Below, piece by piece: positions 60,583 through 64,000 of a stretch of 64,000 bases of DNA. The position numbers and the translations under genes are program-made. The notes beneath the pieces were generated by a model. That model was not told the origin of the DNA. It worked only from the letters and a program-made list of their open reading frames with translations, and made no database searches. Origin of the DNA: Rhodospirillales bacterium (GTDB lineage Bacteria > Pseudomonadota > Alphaproteobacteria > Rhodospirillales > 2-12-FULL-67-15); contig VGZQ01000002.1 in the NCBI GenBank assembly GCA_016872535.1, positions 9,514 through 73,513 on the forward strand, written 5' to 3'. How positions within the stretch are numbered: the stretch's first letter is position 1; every line of letters begins with the position of its first letter.

Positions 60583-61650
60583 ATGTTTTACCGCGAAGCG
60601 GGGCTGTTCAAGACCACCTACCCGGCGGACCAGGCGATCTTTCCCCTGCCGCTCGACCGCTGGGGCATGGCGGGCGTGCTGGTCGTCGCCTACGCCGTCA
60701 TCCCGGTCGTCGCCGACGATTACTGGCTGCGCTCGATTTTGATCCCGTTCCTGATCTACTCGCTCGGCGCCATCGGCCTCAATATTCTCACCGGCTACGC
60801 CGGGCAGTTGAGTCTCGGCACCGCCGGGTTCATGGCGGTCGGCGCGTTCGCCGCCTATAACTTTTCGATCCGCCTGCCGGAAGTCCCCTTGCTCGTCAAC
60901 TTTGCCCTGTCCGGCCTCATCACCGCCGGCGTCGGCGTGCTGTTCGGCATTCCGTCGCTCCGCATCAAGGGGTTTTATCTCGCGGTCGCGACCCTGGCGG
61001 CGCAGTTCTTCCTGGTCTGGCTGTTCACCCGGGTCGGCTGGTTCACCAACTACTCGCCCTCCGGCGTCATCACCGCGCCGCCGATGCAGGTGTTCGGCAT
61101 TCCGATCGACAGTTCGGTCAGCCGCTATCTCTTCACCCTGTCGGTGGTCGCGGTGCTCGCGCTCGCCGCCAAGAACATGGTGCGCGGCAACATCGGGCGC
61201 AAATGGATGGCGATCCGCGACATGGACATCGCCGCCGAGATCATCGGCATTTCCCCGCTCGGCGCCAAGCTCTCGGCCTTCGCGGTCAGTTCGTTCTACT
61301 GCGGCGTCGCCGGCGCCCTGTGGGCCTACCTGTACCTCGGCACGGTCGAGCCCGACGCGTTCGGAATCGACCGCTCGTTCCAGTTCCTGTTCATGATCAT
61401 CATCGGCGGGCTGGGATCGATCCTGGGATCGTTCCTCGGCGCCGGTTTCATCGTCCTGCTGCCGATCCTGATCACCAACGTCGGCTACCTGGCGACCGGC
61501 GGGTCGCTGCCGGCGCACGTGGTCACCCACACCCAGTACATGATCTTCGGCGCGCTGATCGTGTTCTTCCTGATCGTCGAGCCGCACGGCCTCGCGCGGC
61601 TGTGGCAGATCGCCAAGGAGAAACTGCGGCTTTGGCCCTTCCCGTACTGA
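60583..61650 (+). CDS. ABC transporter permease (LivM-like)
   Basis: GLNILTGYAGQLSLG, LRIKGFYLAVATLA, GRKWMAIRD, MIIIGGLGSILG. Confidence 0.94.
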   Translation: MFYREAGLFKTTYPADQAIFPLPLDRWGMAGVLVVAYAVIPVVADDYWLRSILIPFLIYSLGAIGLNILTGYAGQLSLGTAGFMAVGAFAAYNFSIRLPEVPLLVNFALSGLITAGVGVLFGIPSLRIKGFYLAVATLAAQFFLVWLFTRVGWFTNYSPSGVITAPPMQVFGIPIDSSVSRYLFTLSVVAVLALAAKNMVRGNIGRKWMAIRDMDIAAEIIGISPLGAKLSAFAVSSFYCGVAGALWAYLYLGTVEPDAFGIDRSFQFLFMIIIGGLGSILGSFLGAGFIVLLPILITNVGYLATGGSLPAHVVTHTQYMIFGALIVFFLIVEPHGLARLWQIAKEKLRLWPFPY

Positions 61651-61737
61651 TTGCGGGGAGATCGGCCCGCATGTTAGATTTGAGTCAACACCAAAAAACG
61701 AAACACGCGTCCGTGTTCACACCCTAGGGAGGATCCC

Positions 61738-63066
61738 ATGAACCTGAAGAAGCTTGCCTTGAATCTCGCCGGCGCCGCCGCGGTGGCGGCGTTCGCCGCG
61801 ACGCCGGCTCTGGCGCAAAACGAGCAATTCATTCCGGTGACCACCTACGACACCGGACCGTTCGCGGTGAACGGCCAGCCGTTCATGGACGGCTTCGTCG
61901 ACTACTTCAAGATGATCAACGCCCGCGACGGCGGCGTCGGCGGCGTCAAGCTGGTTTGGGAGGAATGCGAAACCGAATACAAGCCCGACCGCTTCGTCGA
62001 ATGCTACGAGAAGCTGAAGAAGAAGGGCCCGACCGGCGCGGCGGTGTTCAATCCGCTCGGCACCGGCCTGACCTACGCGGTGATCGACCGCGCCGCGGTC
62101 GACAAGGTTCCGGTCATCTCCATGGGCTACGGCCGCACCGACGCGACCGACGGCCGCGTGTTCCCCTACATCTTCCCGCTGATCACCAACTACTGGTCGC
62201 AGAGCACCACCAAGATCAAGTTCATCGGCCAACAATTGGGCGGCATGGACAAGCTCAAGGGCAAGAAGATCGCCAACCTCTACCACGACTCGGCCTACGG
62301 CAAGGAAACGCTGCCGATCCTCGAGGAGCAGGCGAAGAAATACGGCTTCGAGCTCAAGTCCTATGCCGTCGGCGGCGCGGCCATGACCGACCAGACTGCG
62401 ATCTGGCAGCAGATCCGCCAATACCGGCCCGACTTCGTGATCGTGCGCGGCTGGGGCGTGATGAACAAGGTGGCGATCGAAACCGCCGCCCGCATGGCGA
62501 TCCCGCGCGAGAAGCTGATCGGCGTGTGGTGGAGCTGCGCCGAGCAGGACACCGTGCCCGCCGGCGACGCCGCCGCCAACTACATCTGCGCCAGCTTCCA
62601 CGGCGCGGGCAAGGATTACCCGGTGGTGCAAGATGTTCTCAAACACGTCTACGCCAAGAAGGAAGGCGCCGGACCCGAAGCCGCCGTCGGCACCATCATG
62701 TGGAATCGCGGCCTGGTGAACGCCATCCTGGTGGTGGAAGCCATCAAGAAGGCGCAGGGCAAGTTCGGCAAGAAGCCGCTCACCGGCGAGCAGGTCCGTT
62801 GGGGCATCGAAAACCTCGACCTCACCAACGACTACATCAAGTCGATCGGCGCGACCGGCTTGGTGCCGCCGATGAAGGTCACCTGCAACGACCACGAGGG
62901 CTCGGGCCGCGCCCGCTTCGTGCAGTGGACCGGCAAGGAATGGAAGAACGTTTCCGATTGGATCGATTCCGACCAGTCCCTGGTGCGGCCGATGATCGAG
63001 GCGTCATCGATGCAGTACGCCAAGGAGAAGAACATCACGCCGCGCGACTGCTCGAAGGAGATGTAA
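61738..63066 (+). CDS. ABC transporter substrate-binding protein (LIV/type I periplasmic fold)
   Basis: GGAGG SD; signal peptide; INARDGGVGGV, ECETEY, MGYGR, HDSAYGKE, GWGVMN, CNDHEG. Confidence 0.94.
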   Translation: MNLKKLALNLAGAAAVAAFAATPALAQNEQFIPVTTYDTGPFAVNGQPFMDGFVDYFKMINARDGGVGGVKLVWEECETEYKPDRFVECYEKLKKKGPTGAAVFNPLGTGLTYAVIDRAAVDKVPVISMGYGRTDATDGRVFPYIFPLITNYWSQSTTKIKFIGQQLGGMDKLKGKKIANLYHDSAYGKETLPILEEQAKKYGFELKSYAVGGAAMTDQTAIWQQIRQYRPDFVIVRGWGVMNKVAIETAARMAIPREKLIGVWWSCAEQDTVPAGDAAANYICASFHGAGKDYPVVQDVLKHVYAKKEGAGPEAAVGTIMWNRGLVNAILVVEAIKKAQGKFGKKPLTGEQVRWGIENLDLTNDYIKSIGATGLVPPMKVTCNDHEGSGRARFVQWTGKEWKNVSDWIDSDQSLVRPMIEASSMQYAKEKNITPRDCSKEM

Positions 63067-63101
63067 GCGCGCGCGATACGCATCGAACGCGCGGGGACGC
63101 C

Positions 63102-63911
63102 GTGACCACCGGGGCCTTGCTCGACGTCAACAACGTCGAGGTCATCTACGATCACGTGATCCTGGTGCTGAAAGGCGTTTCGCTCCGGGTTCCCGAGGGG
63201 GGCATCGTCGCCCTCCTCGGGGCCAACGGCGCGGGCAAGACCACCACCCTCAAGGCCGTCTCCAACCTGCTCAAGGCCGAGCGCGGCGAGGTGACCAAGG
63301 GCGGCATCTCGTTTCGCGGCGAGCGCATCGACCGCCTGACACCGACCGATCTCGTCAAGCGCGGCGTCATCCAGGTGATGGAAGGACGCCACTGCTTCGA
63401 ACACCTGACGGTCGAGGAAAACCTCCTCACCGGCGCCTACACCCGCCGCGACGGCGGCGCCGCGATAAGGGACAGCCTCGAAAAGGTCTATCACTATTTT
63501 CCCCGCCTGAAGGAGCGGCGCGACGCCCAGGCCGGCTACACCTCGGGCGGCGAACAGCAGATGACCGCCATCGGACGCGCGCTGATGGCGAACCCGAAAA
63601 TGATCCTGCTCGACGAGCCTTCCATGGGCCTCGCGCCGCAGTTGGTCGGGGAAATCTTCGAAATCGTCGAGCGCCTCAACCGCGACGAAAAGGTGAGCAT
63701 CCTGCTCGCCGAGCAGAACACCCGCATCGCGCTCAAGTACGCGACCTACGGCTACATCCTGGAAAACGGCCGCGTGGTGATGGACGGCGACGCGGCGCAA
63801 TTGCGCGAGAACGAGGACGTCAAGGAATTCTACCTCGGCTTCGGCGGCGGCGAGCGCAAAAGCTTCCGCGACGTCAAGCACTACCGCCGTCGCAAGCGCT
63901 GGCTGTCGTAA
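63102..63911 (+). CDS. ABC transporter ATP-binding protein (LivF-like)
   Basis: GTG start; GANGAGKTT, TSGGEQQM, LLDEPSMGLAP, AEQN, DVKEFYLG. Confidence 0.94.
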   Translation: MTTGALLDVNNVEVIYDHVILVLKGVSLRVPEGGIVALLGANGAGKTTTLKAVSNLLKAERGEVTKGGISFRGERIDRLTPTDLVKRGVIQVMEGRHCFEHLTVEENLLTGAYTRRDGGAAIRDSLEKVYHYFPRLKERRDAQAGYTSGGEQQMTAIGRALMANPKMILLDEPSMGLAPQLVGEIFEIVERLNRDEKVSILLAEQNTRIALKYATYGYILENGRVVMDGDAAQLRENEDVKEFYLGFGGGERKSFRDVKHYRRRKRWLS

Positions 63912-63921
63912 GGCGCGCGCC

Positions 63922-64000
63922 ATGTCCGCCGCGCCCGCCGGCCGTTACTACGATTCCCTCGAAACCCGCGACCCCGAGCGGCGCGAGCGCGACCAGTTCG
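63922..64000 (+). CDS. Probable phenylacetate-CoA ligase family protein, N-terminus (runs off window)
   Basis: MSAAPAGRYYDSLETRDPERRERDQF; the YDxLETRDP start and cluster position fit this family. Only 26 codons are visible. Confidence 0.6.
   Translation, partial: MSAAPAGRYYDSLETRDPERRERDQF

Noticed and set aside
56912-64000. Acyl-CoA ligase plus LIV-type ABC transporter cluster
   Set aside because: Widely conserved proteobacterial cluster; nothing unusual seen.

Overview
High-GC alphaproteobacterial (Rhodospirillales-like) chromosomal segment. I found no rRNA, tRNA, CRISPR array, integrase or transposase. The backbone is housekeeping: ispG(part)-rodZ-ptsP-lysC, ubiG, nitrilase-grxC-comF, sfsA-map-radC, purB/purC/purSQL-bolA-grxD, SulP, rpsD, gluQ, carD-fdxA-hslR-helicase, pcm, acnA, and an acyl-CoA ligase/LIV-type ABC uptake cluster running off the right end. 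Accessory DNA lies between radC and purB (a copper-resistance-type block at 14947-23830, then an O-methyltransferase, a second SAICAR synthase, an MFS transporter and an Ntn hydrolase) and in a small AT-rich HNH-remnant/toxin-antitoxin islet (about 41610-42699). Main observations: (1) Three small exported-type ORFs with paired Cys and a C-terminal RPP(R/K) motif each head a different gene set: cupredoxin-copAB, an ABC1/UbiB kinase, and a PmtA-like methyltransferase. They resemble CutF/CruR-type ribosome-stalling leaders. Two share a 114-nt leader (108/114 identical), and the kinase appears to be coupled to its copy through a 23-aa relic of the cupredoxin N-terminus. (2) A short palindromic element with a CGAATC loop sits as a 51-nt (17-codon) in-frame segment, bounded by short direct repeats, in three unrelated genes; a related copy is intergenic. 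(3) The operonic PurC appears to have lost catalytic residues while an intact second-family SAICAR synthase lies nearby. (4) A 37-bp near-perfect palindrome overlaps the promoter of a cytochrome P460/c'-beta-like gene next to a Cys-tailed MarR. All family calls come from motif recognition by eye; no searches or computations were run.
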